From assembly GCA_038064495.1 (NCBI GenBank), contig JBBTSZ010000002.1, forward strand, positions 344,934 through 408,933: a stretch of 64,000 bases of DNA, given 5' to 3'. This DNA is from Patescibacteria group bacterium (GTDB taxonomy: Bacteria > Patescibacteriota > Minisyncoccia > Phycocordibacterales > Phycocordibacteraceae). A model generated the notes under the pieces. It saw only the letters and a list, made by a program, of their open reading frames with translations. It had not been told where the DNA came from and made no database searches. A program made the translations under genes and the position numbers. Positions 63,423 to 64,000 of the stretch are shown here, one piece after another. Within the stretch, counting starts at the first letter, position 1; the number at the start of each line of letters is the position of its first letter.

Positions 63423-64000
63423 AATGGTTACTCGACATACGAGGGGCAAAGTAGTGTGGGTGGACCTAGAGAGTCCAACCCATGCGGAGTTGGATGCCAT
63501 CATGCGCGAGTTCGGAATTGACGACCGGATTGAAGAAGAAATCCTCGCACCAACACTCTACCCGATAGCACTCGGCTTCCCGCGCTACCTCTACCTCATC
63601 CTCCACTTCCCGACTGCAGACCCCGGCAGTGGTACTCGAAATCAAGAAGTGGACTTCATAGTCGGAAAACACTTCATTATTACGGCCCGCTATGAGGTCA
63701 TAGATACGATTCATAATCTTCACCGCGTCTTTGAGGCGGAGGAGCTCCTCGGACTTCCCCACGCTCCTTCTCGCTCGGATGAGCTCTTGGAGCGACTCCT
63801 TCGCAGACTATATGGAGCTATACGTGAAGAGATGGAACACGCCGCGCGTATTCTTGAACATATTGAAAATGACATGTTCTCCGGCAAGGAGCGCGACACC
63901 GTACATGCCATTTCAGACATCGGTCGCGTGCTGCTTCGTTTCCAAACGACACTTGCGCGCCACGAGGAGCCACTCTCACTGTTCTTGAAGGGTCTCACTG
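63423..64000 (+). CDS. corA: CorA-family magnesium transporter, N-terminal cytoplasmic domain (3' end outside window)
   Basis: Frame is open from the ATG at 63423 to the window end. VVWVDLESPTHAELDAIMREFGI... resembles the CorA N-domain. No stop in the window, so it is absent from the ORF track. Confidence 0.7.

Noticed and set aside
1-64000. CRISPR arrays, rRNA genes, transposases
   Set aside because: No regularly spaced direct repeats, no rRNA-like conserved strings and no transposase or integrase-like ORFs were seen anywhere in the window.

Overview
This 64 kb window reads as one contiguous chromosomal segment of a small-genome bacterium at roughly 50% GC. Several features fit a Patescibacteria/CPR-like lineage, which is an inference from gene content only: a class I lysyl-tRNA synthetase, a short archaeal-type AspRS, an AlaRS that ends after the editing domain, a stand-alone sigma-70 region-4 protein, PD-(D/E)XK nucleases and many hypothetical membrane proteins. 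Most of the window is housekeeping: aminoacyl-tRNA synthetases (leuS partial, alaS, lysK, tyrS followed by tRNA-Tyr, trpS, aspS, gltX), the tail of the ribosomal alpha operon (infA-rpmJ-rpsM-rpsK-rpsD-rpoA-rplQ, then rplM-rpsI), a small RHH protein followed by grpE-dnaK-dnaJ, an ABC exporter, and mltG, mnmA, ung, pepO and pepA. It also holds scpA-scpB, a dcw fragment (D,D-carboxypeptidase, mraY, ftsW, murG), an M23 peptidase, alkA, a LOG-family protein, rpmA, rplI, an S41 protease and a partial corA. Five accessory or unusual parts stand out. (1) A tight operon of an ATP-cone/Mrr-like nuclease, a Cas4-like PD-(D/E)XK nuclease and Ung. (2) A low-GC island with a Cys-rich anchored peptide, an unknown protein and an orphan 7TM histidine kinase. 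(3) A secretome/cell-wall hydrolase island: an S53 peptidase, a giant Ca-binding surface protein with a peptidoglycan-binding tail, and CAP, 3D, GH18 and unknown exported proteins, with a recurring GGGAAGT promoter-proximal motif and a 600 bp structured non-coding tract. (4) A ~95 nt structured element present in three copies just 3' of genes, with compensatory stem changes. (5) A tRNA-Tyr followed by inverted and direct fragments of its own 3' end. No CRISPR array, rRNA or obvious transposase was seen.
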